Below are positions 1-40,405 of a DNA stretch of 64,000 nt, piece by piece. The stretch is from Paraspadella gotoi (taxonomy: Eukaryota; Animalia; Chaetognatha): assembly GCA_051294375.1 (NCBI GenBank), contig CM119263.1, forward strand, positions 21,994,494 through 22,058,493, written 5' to 3'. The first letter of the stretch is position 1. Each line of letters starts with the position of its first letter. The position numbers and the translations under genes were made by a program. The notes below the pieces were generated by a model. That model saw only the letters and a list, made by a program, of their open reading frames with translations. It did no database searches and was not told where the DNA came from.

Positions 1-470
1 TCTCTCATTAATTTTTATTCTTTCTTTCTCTCTCTTCCTGTCTTTCTCTTCCTCTTTTTTCCCCGATTGGACTCGTCGAAAGTACAAATTTGTTTCTCTA
101 CTTCACCAAAGTGAATTTTAAAAAAATTATTGATTAAAAAATTTGGATCTCTATTTGATACTCCACCATAGATTTCGCATTAATAAAGAGGATTATCGAT
201 GCCAGTTGTAAAAAAAACAAATCACGCGCTTAAAAATGGAATCAAAAAGAAAGGAATGGAATTTGATAAGTTTAAACCGACACCGAACACATTCACTTTC
301 CTTCATCTTTGCCTTTTTCACCGGATACTGCATTTATGCAGGTACAATTTAGTATCTAGATTTTATATTAGTTTCTTTTCTCTCTCTCTCTCTCTCTCTC
401 TCCTCACTCTCGTCTCCTCTTGCTCTCTCTCCTCTCTCTCTTTCTCTCTCTCTCTCCTCTCTCCTCTTCT

Positions 471-523
<53 letters not shown>

Positions 524-1676
524 ACCCCTAAGAAACTCTAAACGAATTTTTGAGAACCCGTCTCTCTCTCTCTCTCTCTTTCACATCGAGATTCATTCAG
601 TTTTGTTTGTATTTAATTATCAGAAGAAACAGGATTATGAACCGAAAAAAAAATTCCTCAGCCAAAAAGTCCTCTCGTTTTTCTTATTCCTGTTTTCTTA
701 CTCATCTCATCCAATTTCTCCTTCTTGATTCTTGACCCTATTTCCTTTCAACAATATGATCCGTCTTTTCTTCCCATCCCACTCGTTTGGGGTTTTCTCT
801 CTCTTTCAAAAATAGTTTTTTTCTTTCTTTCAAAGATTTTCTTTCTTTACTTCCATCTGATTGTAACTCTCTAACGCCTTTCCCACAAACGGCGCCTTAT
901 TACTTTCATACATCGAGATCTTTTCTCCTCACATCTCATAACTCGATTCAAACTCCTACCCTTTTTTTGAACATTTTAAAGAACAATATCGTTGTTCTCT
1001 TCTTGATTTGATGAAAAACTCAAATAAACAATTTTTGACAGGTTTCAATTCCGTGAGACAGAAATGTTTTATGTTTAGGTTGAGAATTTTTTGAGTCCAA
1101 TTCAGGGCCAAAAAAAAAAAGTAAAAATTCAAAAGACAATAAATCATCGATTCTAAGTAGTAAGTTTTATATTAAATGACGAACGCAAAATTCCCATTGA
1201 GCGAGGACAGGGAAGCCGGAGTTCGTGACGAAGAACAACGCGGGATCAAACTTGAATCGAATTTTGGGTGGAGTTCGAAAAATGAAAAAAGTGTCAACTA
1301 TCGCGATGATAACTGACTGATACGACAACGAAAAAAAAAGTGATGGACATATCAGAAAGACAAGTGACCTTAAAAAAAAGGATGATTTAGAAATGTTGGT
1401 GAATGAATGAAATGAGCAGCAACGCCATAAAATGTTGTGTATTATCTCGAAATGTGGTTACAAAAAAAAGAATATCAGAGCGGTAATTGTAGTATGATTT
1501 CGTACCAGAGTGAAAATATTAAATCATGAGAAAAAAAATTGATGATGAACATGATTGTGATAATAAGGACCAAAAAAAATCTAAAATAGCTTTTTCCGTC
1601 TTTTTAGTTCTTGCACTCAAGTACGACTGAGCAAGAGGCTTAAATCCTAATTAAATCTTAAATCCTAGTAATACGC

Positions 1677-1897
1677 TGAAGAGACAGTAATTATTGTTAT
1701 GTGTTAGTGACAGAAACGTTCAATATAAGCAGTCCCTGAGCTGTAACACCGTGTTACAAGCTGGTTAAGCACCCCGTCCCTCTTAACTGCCAGGCGACCA
1801 CCGGGCGAAAACCCTGGACCTTTGGGTTGGGAAACGAATGACTTGCCTCCGGCACCAATGGCTGCTGATGAACGGTTGGAGGATTTTTAGTCCATCA
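1677..1897 (-). repeat. Copy 1 of a locally duplicated ~210 bp element with a tRNA-like segment (SINE-like)
   Basis: Closely similar to 2076-2280; minus strand 1865-1793 is tRNA-like. Confidence 0.55.
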
Positions 1898-2075
1898 TAC
1901 ATCCCCCCGTCCCGTAGGGAGAAGTCTGTTGCGTCCCTTCAGTAAATTGTTATTGTTGGTGGAAAGTTGAGGCATGTCGCCTGATGTGTTGTTGGCGGAA
2001 AGTGCATTGCCAAGTTGAGGCATGTCGCCTAAAAATGTTGTTGTTGCTGTTGTGTTCGGAAGTCGGGCTCACCAA

Positions 2076-2280
2076 TGAAGAGACAGTAATTATTTTTATA
2101 TGTTAGTGACAGTCCCTGAGCTTCGGATCAGGCTGTAACACCGTTTTAAGGGCGGGTTAAGCGCCCCATCTCTCTGCCAGGCGACCACCGGGCTAGAACC
2201 CTGGACCTTTGGGTAGGGAAGCGAATGACTTGCCTCCGGCACCAATGGCCGCTGATGAACGGTTGGATTTTTAGTCCACT
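2076..2280 (-). repeat. Copy 2 of the tRNA-related SINE-like element
   Basis: Minus strand 2252-2180 reads GCGGCCA..TGGTGCCGGAGG (A-box-like)..GGTTCTAGCCC (B-box-like)..TGGTCGC; the ends pair like an acceptor stem. Confidence 0.55.
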
Positions 2281-2542
2281 ATAAAGCGCACTTAACTTTT
2301 TTAAAAACTTGACCGAAGCCGGAAAGAAAAATAGACCTTTTCGTTATTTAATAAATATTAAAAAAGAACCAGAGCGTTGTAATTACGTCTTTGAATAGTT
2401 TATTTTAAAAAATGTAACAAATTAACTTGATAAATGAATGAATTAATTCATTAACTTAATAAATAAACGTTGTTGCGTCCACACCGTTCCATTTCTCTCC
2501 ATTACCTTTCAACCATCCAACGCTCTTTCTCCCCCTGATCAG

Positions 2543-16038
<13,496 letters not shown>

Positions 16039-16154
16039 GTGAGTTTATTTTCCTTAGTTTAATGGACGAAATAGAACATTCGAAAAATTGTTTAAGGGAG
16101 GAAGAACAAAGAATTGAAATTTCTCTTAAGAAACGGTAATGATTGTAAAAGTTT

Positions 16155-16230
16155 TGCATCAGTCTGGAATCGAACCCGGGTCAACCGCGCCCTGTAACTC
16201 GTTAGCATTCTACCACTGAACCACCGATGC
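16155..16230 (-). pseudogene. tRNA-Gly(GCC)-derived pseudogene with remodelled anticodon arm
   Basis: GCATCGGTGGTTCAGTGGTAGAATGCT..CCCGGGTTCGATTCC..GATGCA matches tRNA-Gly; the anticodon stem does not pair, there are 5 extra nt and the T stem is mismatched. Confidence 0.7.
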
Positions 16231-16296
16231 GGAGACTATTGTCGCCGTTGGTACTTGAATTTAACATTTATAGTTCTAAATTATATTATTAAAAGA

Positions 16297-16370
16297 AGGC
16301 ACCACCGAGATTCGAACTCGGGATCTCCTGTTTACTAGACAGGCGCTTTAACCAACTAAGCCATGGCGCC
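16297..16370 (-). tRNA. tRNA-Thr(AGT)
   Basis: Complete 74-nt cloverleaf GGCGCCATGGCTTAGTTGGTTAAAGCGCCTGTCT-AGT-AAACAGGAGATCCCGAGTTCGAATCTCGGTGGTGCCT followed by a T-run. Confidence 0.96.
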
Positions 16371-16702
16371 GACGGTATATCTTCGAACCGAAAAGAGCAC
16401 CAAGTCAAATAGAAACGATGCACACGACTCGTGTTTCGAGGCTTCCTCAGAAACGTACAACTATGAATATAAATAAGAATATAAGTTATGAATAAAAACA
16501 GTTATCAATAGAGTCTTTGATTCCAACGCGAAATCTAATATATTTTATATTGTATTCGGTAATAATTTGAGAACAAATAATGATGAATCGACAGAATGAT
16601 AATCATAAAAAGATAACACGATCGATTTTAACATCACAGAGAATCATTTTGACATTGTGACATTGTGACATCCTCACAATTCCCATCATCTCCCGCGTCT
16701 CA

Positions 16703-17707
16703 TCAACTGACGAACTTGTTGACGATGGTTCCGATTCCATCGATCTCCGCCTGGACGACGTCGCCTTCAGCGATAAACTCTTTCGGATTCCGAGTGAAGC
16801 CGACGCCTGGAGGAGTTCCGGTCAGTACTACGTCGCCTGGCTGTAGGGTCATCAGGCGGGAGACGTATGAAACTGGGAAAGGTTGGTGATGATGGAAACG
16901 ACAAAGGAAAAATAACAAAAGAGATTAATTACAGACGTCAAAAATTCGAAAATGAAGCATAATACAATTTTTAATTCATAATATTTCAACTCGAAAATAA
17001 TATAAATTTGGTTTCTTCTTAACCTTAATGAAAACGATTTACAAGCCACGTTTCTCACCAATGTACGGAATGTCGAAAACGAGTTGATTCGTGTTACTTT
17101 CTTGTTTAATGACGCCGTTCACGCGAAGTCGGAGCGGAAGGCGGTGAGGATCTAAAGGACCAAAATACGCGGTTTCACACGCGACCTTAGCAAAAACATC
17201 ACGTGACTCTCGGCCATGGGTTTCTTGCCTGGAATTTCGTCCTTGGTGACGAGGGTCGGTCCCATGGGGCAGAACCCGTCAATGGATTTCCCCAAGAGCC
17301 ACTGACCCATGACTTCGGGTCGACTTTGCCAGTCACGGGCAGTGACATCGTTGGCGACGGTGAAGCCCGCGACGTGATCCATGGCCGACGCCGTGGAGAT
17401 ATCCTTACCCGCTTTACCTGTGAAAGGTGGATGGGAACAAAAATTGTTAAGAGCTAGCAAATTTAAATATTAAATATTCGACCGTAACAATCTCATGACC
17501 TTACTTACCTATGACGAAGACAAGTTCGACTTCCCAATCGACCTGCTGACTGGCGCCTGGAAGTTTAATCTCGCTTCGCGGACCAGTGACCGTGTTGAGG
17601 CATTTGGAAAAGATGACGGGCTGCTCGGGAATCGGAGAGTCAACTTCCAGCAGTGATCCCGGTAGTTTAAACCTGAGAGTAGGAGATGATGATCGCGTGA
17701 GAGAGGT

Positions 17708-17803
<96 letters not shown>

Positions 17804-18099
17804 CAAATATAGAAAGAAAAAAAAGGAAAAAAAGTGAAAAAAGAGATACCTACGCATAGAATTTTTCCCGGGTCGTGAATCGGCGCCGCCAACTTTAAAT
17901 CTTTCATCTCCAACGTCCTTAAATCTCCGGCGTCGTCGACGAGGCGTCTGACGGCGTCGAGACGTTCGGCGCCGCCTTCGAGAAGCGACTTAACGCTCCT
18001 TTCCGCGACGCCCACGTCAGCCAAATCGACGACGACGCCGGGGGATCTCTCGGCGCCGACTCGAAAGCCGCTCCGGGTCACAAATTGAAGTAAGCGCAT
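16703..18099 (-). CDS. FAHD2: Fumarylacetoacetate hydrolase domain-containing protein 2-like, 5 exons
   Basis: [78 protein letters not shown]. The 1-nt deletion near 17651 is absent from the mirror copy. Confidence 0.92.
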
Positions 18100-18516
18100 G
18101 ACGGATCGAAAAACAAAAGTCTAACAAGGACTTTTAACAGTACTGAAGAATAGCTAAATTATAACCTTTGTAGAAAATGTGAGAGAATATAACAAGTTAA
18201 CGAAGATTTATCTCCGCTGTCACAACAGCGTTTAAAATAGATATATAATTAAAATGAGTGAGGATAATTTAAGTTGATTAAGAACGGCGTAAAAAGCCGA
18301 ACAGAGGACACACTGGACAGTGGACACATATATCATTTGAGGAATTTCCATTTTTGGCGAAAAAATTTTAAAATAGGAAAAAAACAACCGGAGGGGAATA
18401 TAATTAATACTATATGCTAATAAAAAGGTTATTTTTCTTCGGCGAATATCGTTTAGGTATTCCACATTAGAAGCACCTTACAGGGCCAGGAAGAACATCT
18501 AAAAATGAAAAATATA

Positions 18517-18551
<35 letters not shown>

Positions 18552-18639
18552 TATTGTATTGAAGTATTTAATGAATTTATAGTGAAGAAAATTGAATTCG
18601 ATTCGATTCGATCGATCGATCTCCTAAAACTCTCACCTG

Positions 18640-18787
18640 TCAAAAGATCTCGTCCGTATCGGAGGCCTCCCTCTCACCGTCTGCGTCCGGAGTCTCGTCG
18701 ACGCGTTCCTCCGCGGACGAGTTGATCGGAGTTCGTGTGGAGCGGTTCAGCTTAGCGAAGGATTCCTGAAAGAGGAGAATAACATAT

Positions 18788-18822
<35 letters not shown>

Positions 18823-18843
18823 GAGGACCGAAGGAGGATAACA

Positions 18844-18926
<83 letters not shown>

Positions 18927-19576
18927 CTCTCCCTACCTGCAGCAACCTCTGAAGCCTCCCCTCCTGGTCGCCGCAAAACTCTCGAAAGTCCTTGAGGATC
19001 TTGTCGAGCGTGCGGCGGATGGTTCGGCCAACAAGCGATGCCCATTTTTTCGTTAACATGATTCCATGACCAGAGGAAGCCGAACTGTCCATCGCCGAGG
19101 CGAGGGATGTCCGAAGGGCGCACCTTGGGATTCGGAACGGACAAGAGGCTCGGAGATCGTTTCGGAGTGGACGACCGGCTGGGTGATTCGTAATTCTGGA
19201 TGACGGTTGAGAATCATGTTGCATCTGAGCTTTTTAGATATTGTAATATTGTAATATTGTAATGAGAGTTAAATTAGGACCGAATCTTTTGTTTTGAAAC
19301 TCAATAACAATGAATTGACATTCAAAAGGGTCAGTGTCAAAAACTCACTTTATCGAAAGTTCCTTCGAAAACGCGCAACATTGATTTGGCGTAGATGGGA
19401 ATGCCGACCGACATGCCGCCTGTGCAGTGGACGTATTTCCAAAAGGGCAGGTTGGCGCTCTCCGCTTGTGTCGTCGTCGTCTTCGTCGTCGTCGTCGTCG
19501 GCTCCATCGTCGTTGACGTGGGAAATTGAATCGTAGTACGATTTTCGATGAACCCGAATCGTTTAAGGATTAACTC
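18640..19576 (-). CDS. DEPDC5: DEPDC5 3' exons (C-terminal domain and stop)
   Basis: ELILKRFGFI..KYVHCTGG..GFLWSWNHMLTKKW..DKILKDFREFC..GRL matches the DEPDC5 C-terminal domain; in phase with the exon ending LVRIQLFQ at 30546/31087; TGA at 18640-18642. Confidence 0.87.
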
Positions 19577-19994
19577 CTTGGAGCGGGAAAAGAAAGGGTC
19601 AAAGAAACGAGAGTAATTCTGATTACCGTATTAAAAAAATAGGTTTTAAAAAAATTCTCTTGCGATGATATCTCAAAGTAAACGAACAAAAAATACTAAA
19701 TTACAAACCGTGTNNNNNNNNNNNNNNNNNNNNNNNNNGGCTCAATCTTTTCATCACTCCACCCTATTGTACATTCTTAATTTCGTAATAGATCCTCACT
19801 GTTTACTGTTTTTTGAAAAAAAATCTAACAATTTATCAACTTTAATCTGAACACGGTTTGTAATTTAGTATTTTTTGTTCGTTTACTTTTGAGTATCATC
19901 GCAAGAGAATTTTTTAAAAACCTATTTTTTAATACGGTAATCAGAATTTACTACTCTCGTTTCTTTGACCCTTCTCTTTTCCCCCGCTCGCAAG

Positions 19995-20643
19995 GAGTTA
20001 ATCCTTAAACGATTCGGTTCATCGAAAATCGTACTACGATTCAATTTCCCACGTCAACGACGATGGAGGCCGAACAACGACGACGACGACGACGACGACG
20101 ACGACACAAGCGGAGAGCGCCAACCTGCCTTTTTGGAAATACGTCCACTGCACAGGCGGCATGTCGGTCGGCATTCCCATCTACGCCAAATCAATGTTTG
20201 CGCGTTTTCGAAGGAACTTTCGATAAAGTGAGTTTTTGACACTGACCCTTTTGAATGTCAATTCTTGTTATTGAGTTTCAAAACAAAAGATTCGGTCCTA
20301 ATTTAACTCTCATTACAATATTACAATATTACAATATATCTAAAAAGCTCAGATGCAACATGATTCTCACCGTCATCCAGAATTACGAATCACCAGCCGG
20401 TCGTCCACTCCGAAACGATCTCCGAGCCTCTTGTCCGTTCCGAATCCCAAGGTGCGCCTTCGGACATCCCTCGCCTCGGCGATGGACAGTTCGGCTTCCT
20501 CTGGTCATGGAATCACATGTTAACGAAAAAATGGGCATCGCCTTTGTTGGCCGAACCATCCGCCGCACGCTCGACAAGATCCTCAAGGACTTTCGAGAGT
20601 TTTGCGGCGACCAGGAGGGGAGGCTTCAGAGGTTGCTGCAGGT

Positions 20644-20737
<94 letters not shown>

Positions 20738-20924
20738 ATGTTATCCTCCTCTTCGGATCCTTAGGAGAGAAAGAAAGAGAGAGATTTATTCTCCTCTTCA
20801 GATCCTTCGCTAAGCTGAACCGCTCCACACGAACTCCGATCAACTCGTCCGCGGAGAACGCGTCGACGAGACTCCGGACGCAGACGGTGAGAGGGAGGCC
20901 TCCGATACGGACGAGATCTTTTGA
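19995..20924 (+). pseudogene. DEPDC5: Mirror copy of the DEPDC5 3' exons (probable assembly artefact)
   Basis: Reverse complement of 18640-19576; no upstream exons in this orientation. Confidence 0.75.
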
Positions 20925-21457
20925 CAGGTGAGAGTTTTAGGAGATCGATCGATCGAATCGAATCGAATTCAATTTCTCTTCACTATAAATTCATTAAATA
21001 CTTCAATACAATAATGGTAATAATAATAATAATAATAAAATTATATTTTTTTCATTTTTAGATGTTCTTCCTGGCCCTGTAAGGTGCTTCTAATGTGGAA
21101 TACCTAAACGATATTCGCCGAAGAAAAATAACCTTTTTATTAGCATATAGTATTAATTATATTCCCTCCGGTTGTTTTTTTCCTATTTTAAAATTTTTTC
21201 GCCAAAAATGGAAATTCCTCAAATGATATATGTGTCCACTGTCCAGTGTGTCCTCTGTTCGGCTTTTTACGCCGTTCTTAATCACTTAAATTATCCTCAC
21301 TCATTTTAATTATATATCTATTTTAAACGCTGTTGTGACAGCGGAGATAAATCTTCGTTAACTTGTTATATTCTCTCACATTTTCTACAAAGGTTATATT
21401 TAGCTATTCTTCAGTACTGTTAAAAGTCCTTGTATAGACTTTGTTTTTCGATCCGTC

Positions 21458-21754
21458 ATGCGCTTACTTCAATTTGTGACCCGGAGCGGCTTTCGAGTCG
21501 CGCCGAGAGATCCCCCGGCGTCGTGTCGATTTGGCTGACGTGGGCGTCGCGGAAAGGAGCGTTAAGTCGCTTCTCGAAGGCGGCGCCGAACGTCTCGACG
21601 CCGTCAGACGCCTCGTCGACGACGCCGGAGATTTAAGGACGTTGGAGATGAAAGATTTAAAGTTGGCGGCGCCGATTCACGACCCGGGAAAAATTCTATG
21701 CGTAGGTATCTCTTTTTAAACTTTTTTTTTTCATTTTTTTTCTTCTGTATTTTG

Positions 21755-21807
<53 letters not shown>

Positions 21808-22841
21808 TCTCTCTCTCTTCTCCTTCTCTCACGCGTCATCATCTCCTACACTCAGGTTTAAACTACCGGGATCACTGCATGGAAGTTGACTCCCCGATTC
21901 CCGAGCAGCCCGTCATCTTTTCCAAATGCCTCAACGCGGTCACTGGTCCGCGAAGCGAGATTAAACTTCCAGGCGCCAGTCAGCAGGTCGATTGGGAAGT
22001 CGAACTTGTCTTCGTCATAGGTAAGTAAGGTCATGAGATTGTTACGGTCGAATATTTAATATTTAAATTTGCTAGCTCTTAACAATTTTTGTTCCCATCC
22101 ACCTTTCACAGGTAAAGCGGGTAAGGATATCTCACGGCGTCGGCCATGGATCACGTCGCGGGCTTCACCGTCGCCAACGATGTCACTGCCGTGACTGGCA
22201 AAGTCGACCCGAAGTCATGGGTCAGTGGCTCTTGGGAAATCCATTGACGGGTTTCTGCCCCATGGGACCGACCCTCGTCACCAAGGACGAATTCCAGGCA
22301 GAAACCCATGGCGAGGTCACGTGATGTTTTTGCTAAGGTCGCGTGTGAAACCCGTATTTTGGTCCTTTAGATCCTCACACGCCTTCCGCTCCGACTTCGC
22401 GTGAACGGCGTCATTAAACAAGAAAGTAACACGAATCAACTCGTTTTCGACATTCCGTACATTGGTGAGAAACGTGGCTTGTAAATCGTTTTCATTAAGG
22501 TTAAGAAGAAACCAAATTTATATTTTTTCGAGTTGAAATATTATGAATTAAAAAATTGTATTATGCTTCATTTTCGAATTTTGACGTCTGTAATTAATCT
22601 CTTTTTGTTATTTTTCCTTTGTCGTTTCCATCATTGTATCGTTCCCGCAAATCTTCGCCAACCTTTCCCAGTTTCATACGTCTCCCGCCTGATGACCCTA
22701 CAGCCAGGCGACGTAGTACTGACCGGAACTCCTCCAGGCGTCGGCTTCATCGGAATCCGAAAGAGTTTTATCGCTGAGGGCGACGTCGTCCAGGCGGAGA
22801 TCGATGGAATCGGAACCATCGTCAACAAGTTCGTCAGTTGA
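21458..22841 (+). pseudogene. FAHD2: Mirror copy of the FAHD2-like gene, frameshifted
   Basis: Reverse complement of 16703-18099 with multiple indels. Confidence 0.8.
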
Positions 22842-23165
22842 TGAGACGCGGGAGATGATGGAATTGTGAGGATGTCACAATGTCACAATGTCAAAATGAT
22901 TCTCTGTGATGTTAAAAATCGATCTTTTTATGATTCTCAATCTGTCGATTCATCATTATTTGTTCTCAAATTATTACTGAATACAATATAAAATATATTA
23001 GATTTCGCGTTGGAATCAAAGACTCTATTGATAACTGTTTTTATTCAAAACTTATATTCTTATTTATATTCATAGTTGAACGTTTCTGAGGAAGCCTCGA
23101 GACACGAGTCGTGTGCATCGTTTTTATTTGACTTGGTGCTCTTTTCGGTTCGGAGATATACCGAC

Positions 23166-23239
23166 GGCGCCATGGCTTAGTTGGTTAAAGCGCCTGTCTA
23201 GTAAACAGGAGATCCCGAGTTCGAATCTCGGTGGTGCCT
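23166..23239 (+). tRNA. tRNA-Thr(AGT), mirror copy
   Basis: Same 74-nt sequence as 16297-16370. Confidence 0.92.
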
Positions 23240-23305
23240 TCTTTTAATAATATAATTTAGAACTATAAATGTTAAATTCAAGTACCAACGGCGACAATAG
23301 TCTCC

Positions 23306-23382
23306 GCATCGGTGGTTCAGTGGTAGAATGCTAACGAGTTACAGGGCGCGGTTGACCGCGGGTTCGATTCCAGACTGATGCA
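23306..23382 (+). pseudogene. tRNA-Gly-derived pseudogene, mirror copy
   Basis: Same aberrant anticodon arm as 16155-16230. Confidence 0.65.
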
Positions 23383-23498
23383 AAACTTTTACAATCATTA
23401 CCGTTTCCTTAAGAGAAATTTCAATTCTTTGTTCTTCCTCCCTTAAACAATTTTTCGAATGTTCTATTTCGTCCATTAAACTAAGGAAATAAACTCAC

Positions 23499-29326
<5,828 letters not shown>

Positions 29327-30545
29327 CTGGAGGGGAGTCAAGGGTCGCTAAAAAAACGTTTACGGGTCACACCCTCAGCCCCTCTTTCCCCCGTATAAAA
29401 AAAAAATATAATCGGATATATATCTACTATATTTTTACTAATATATACGTTCAGTAGGATTATATTTCTTCTTTTTTAAATTATAAGTGATTTTTTATTA
29501 AAATTTTTACTGGCATTCATAAAAGATCATTGATCAGAAAGAAATTTCATGATTGCGAGGGAAAGAAATTGATGATAAGTTGTTGATTATTGACTAAAGA
29601 AAGTTATAGATGCTGTTTATTAGAGTAAATGAGAAAATATAAATTTTATAAAATTAAAATTTAGCATATAGAATATAAAACAAAAACTAATAAAATACTT
29701 TGGTAAATTAATTTTTTTTAATTTTTTATACAATAGTGGGCCACCAGTGAGCTATATTTTAATATAGTAATAAGTATAATAATAGCTAAATTTAAATTCT
29801 TTCATTAAGTTGATAAAAAATGTAAAAAAAAAAAACTATATTTAAGATGCTGATTTTTAATTTCAAGCTTAAAAATATAGTTTTTTATAATTTTAACCGA
29901 CTTAATGACATAATGTTAAAAAAATTTTAATTTTTTTTATCAACTTTTAATGAGGAATCTAAATCTGTTTCTCAGAATTAAAAAAAACTTTTTGACATTA
30001 TATACACTATATACAAAATAAGCTGACTGGGCTACGATATTTATGGAAAAAAAATACAGATTAGTATTTACTAATACAATAGTTTTCAAGATAAAACTGC
30101 TAAATTTTATTTCCAAACTTTCACTTCACCCTCTCGTTTAAGGGTCCGAGCCATCTTCTTGATGGAACAATGTTTTTTTGCTGCCTTTGTATATATAATA
30201 TAAAATAATTAAGCTCTAATTCAAAAAAAAATTGCATAACAGTATCATTAATTAAATTTTTTTTATAGTAATATCCTTATAAAATCATATTCATATTCAT
30301 ATTCATATTCATAATCATATTCATATTCAAAATCACAATTTCAAAATCATATTTTTTTTAATTTTAAGAACAGTTTTGGATTCGCCGGAAAAAACTAAAA
30401 ACTTTTGTAAAATATGTTACATGATATTTTTTCTCAAATAAAATTTATGTTCCCCAGTGCTCCACTCTAATGTACAAATAACTCCGCGCCAATTCGTTTT
30501 TAAATTAAATGCTCGGAGACAATACGATAATCAGTCAATTGAAAC

Positions 30546-38000
<7,455 letters not shown>

Positions 38001-38667
38001 CGTCGCGCTTAAGAAGTGAGGGCCAAATAATAATTACGAAGTCTTTATTTTTATTTATAAATTAATTTGTAACATAATTAACGTGGTTTCCATCAAAAAT
38101 ATTTGTTTTAATTTCTTCAAGATGAGTTAACACGGCTTTTAATCTTAAAAATATTGACATTTAGGTTTTATTGGAGCCATGAAAAAATAATTGCAGAAGT
38201 CTTCCGAGAGAAAAAAAATCTACGAATTAACCCACACTCGCTCGCAATATGAAGCACACTCGGGGCCAACTTATTCGGCTTCAACTTTGAACTCAGAAAT
38301 CTTTCTTGTGTTATCAACTCGATTTAGTTTCTAGCGAAATTTTTTTTATCCGTTCTGTTCACGAGGAGGAGATTTCATTTATCACTTTTTTTTTATTTTC
38401 CTACTTTTATTTTTTTTTTAAATGCCTTCGTTTTTATTTCTTTTTTCTTGTGTGTGTGTATAAATAAGTTATCATCGGGTTCAAACCCACTAGTCCCTTT
38501 CCAAAATCTCACCTTTCCCGCGGCGGAATTCGTGTCTTCCCGCTTTGTAAAATATTTTCTCCATTCCTTTTTATCAAAAAACGTAAGCTATCAGAGTATT
38601 AGCTTTCGGAATCATTGGTTTAAAAAAAAGACCAATAAATACGTAATCTCAGACGAGCGACAAGAGT

Positions 38668-38699
<32 letters not shown>

Positions 38700-39111
38700 G
38701 AGAGAGAGAGGAGAGAGAAGAGAGAGAGGAGTGAAGAGAGAAGGAGAAGAGATAGAAGCTTGCGTGTCACGGGAATAACTTTTTATCCGATGGTAAACTG
38801 AAAAAAACGGAACGTCACTTTCGGTTAGTTAAAGATAAACTTAAATAAATCACGACAATTCTTTTTTTTTTCTTTTTTTTTTACTTTTTTTTGGATGATG
38901 TACAGCGCGACGGAATTTTTCTAATGCGTAATTAATCTGTTTGGTTTGGATGAAGATTTTGTGTTGACAGAAGAATAGCGCGAATGACAAAAAATAAAAA
39001 AATCTGAAGAAAAAGCAAAAAAAAGAGTAAGTAATAGAAAAAAAGAAAGAAAAAAAAATAAAAGAAGAAAAGAATAAATAAATAAAATAAATAAATAAAA
39101 TAAATAAAATG

Positions 39112-39135
39112 AAGAAAGAAAGAAAAAAAGAAGGA

Positions 39136-39219
<84 letters not shown>

Positions 39220-39220
39220 A
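39112..39220. repeat. (GAAA)n microsatellite
   Basis: Tandem AAGA units. Confidence 0.9.
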
Positions 39221-40405
39221 AAAATGAATGAATGAAAGAAAGAAAGGTCATAGAAATGACAGAACTACATTGCAAAACCAATAAAATTCAAGGTTTTTTT
39301 CTATATTTTTCTTCTCTTAACGCAAACTGAATTTCGGACTTAAAACCACGTTGCCTTGAACCTAGTTTCGATCATTCTTAAAAAATCGTCGACGTCGTCC
39401 TTGTCGTCGTCGTCGTCGTCGCCGATGACCAAAAAATAATTAATGATAACCGCGCGTTTTACAGAAGAGGCGACGGAGAAAGAGAGAGAGATATATATAT
39501 ATAAATAAATATATATATAAATATATATATAAAACATATAAATATATATAATATATATAATTTTATATATATAAAAACTGATCCAGGTTAAAGTTTAGGA
39601 TTTTTAAATCACGTGAGACGAGAAGATAAAAGACTTTGAAGTCACATGATTTTGAGAAGCCGTGATGTTCCTTCGAACCTGCTCGAAGAGGGTTTATGCT
39701 CGGGTTTAACACCACTCAAAATTATATTGATATTTGTAAACACAGCAAAGATTAATTTTTAAAGCAGAATGTTTTCAAAGCTCTCTTTTCTTTTATATCC
39801 CACACCTGTATTTAATAATGATATTTCGCTGAAAAAGACTATTTTTTTTATCTTTGTTTAAAAGTTTCAATGAAACTAATGAAACTAATGAGAGTGACCC
39901 AAATTCATTTTCCAACAGTGTATACTGTATACTGTGTATAGGGATATATGTTTACACCGTACGTATATTATTGTATATATGAAATTATATATATAATATA
40001 TAAAAATTATCCATTTATTTAATAAATAAGCTATCTTGCCCCTGACTTTGGACAGGCTGTGGTGGTTTCAGGCCTTCATCACTCTTACAAGAAATTCGTG
40101 ATCGTCCCCTTTGTCATCTATACTATTTTCATAACTTTACTCAGACCCAACATGGCATCAATCCCTTTTTAATGCGCAATGTAGCATTGCTTAATTTTTT
40201 GCACAACATCACTTGTTTTTCATGCTATTTAAAAGCGATAGAGCCTATGCAGAGCTTTGTCGAATGACTTTGAAAGTATCTTTTTTCGATTTTATTCCAT
40301 CGTAATAAAACTATTTTTTGGCAATTAGACGTAACCGGTAACATAATAATTCAAGTAGATTGAATTTCACAGATTATTCATTTTTAACATTCTGCTAAAA
40401 CTATA

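Noticed and set aside
199-735. ORFs with SLSLSL/ERERER runs (also ~3030, ~7000, ~17700, ~33700, ~51350) and poly-N/L ORFs at ~36830
   Set aside because: Translations of intronic or intergenic microsatellites.
16155-16230. Suppressor (TTA) or recoding tRNA
   Set aside because: No paired anticodon stem places TTA in a 7-nt loop, and the genes read with the standard code.
16420-16456. Hammerhead-like CTGAGGA..GAAAC..GTC on the minus strand (also CTGAAGA..GAAAC at ~1676-1720)
   Set aside because: No stem I, weak or no stem II, and the duplicate copies lack GAAA.
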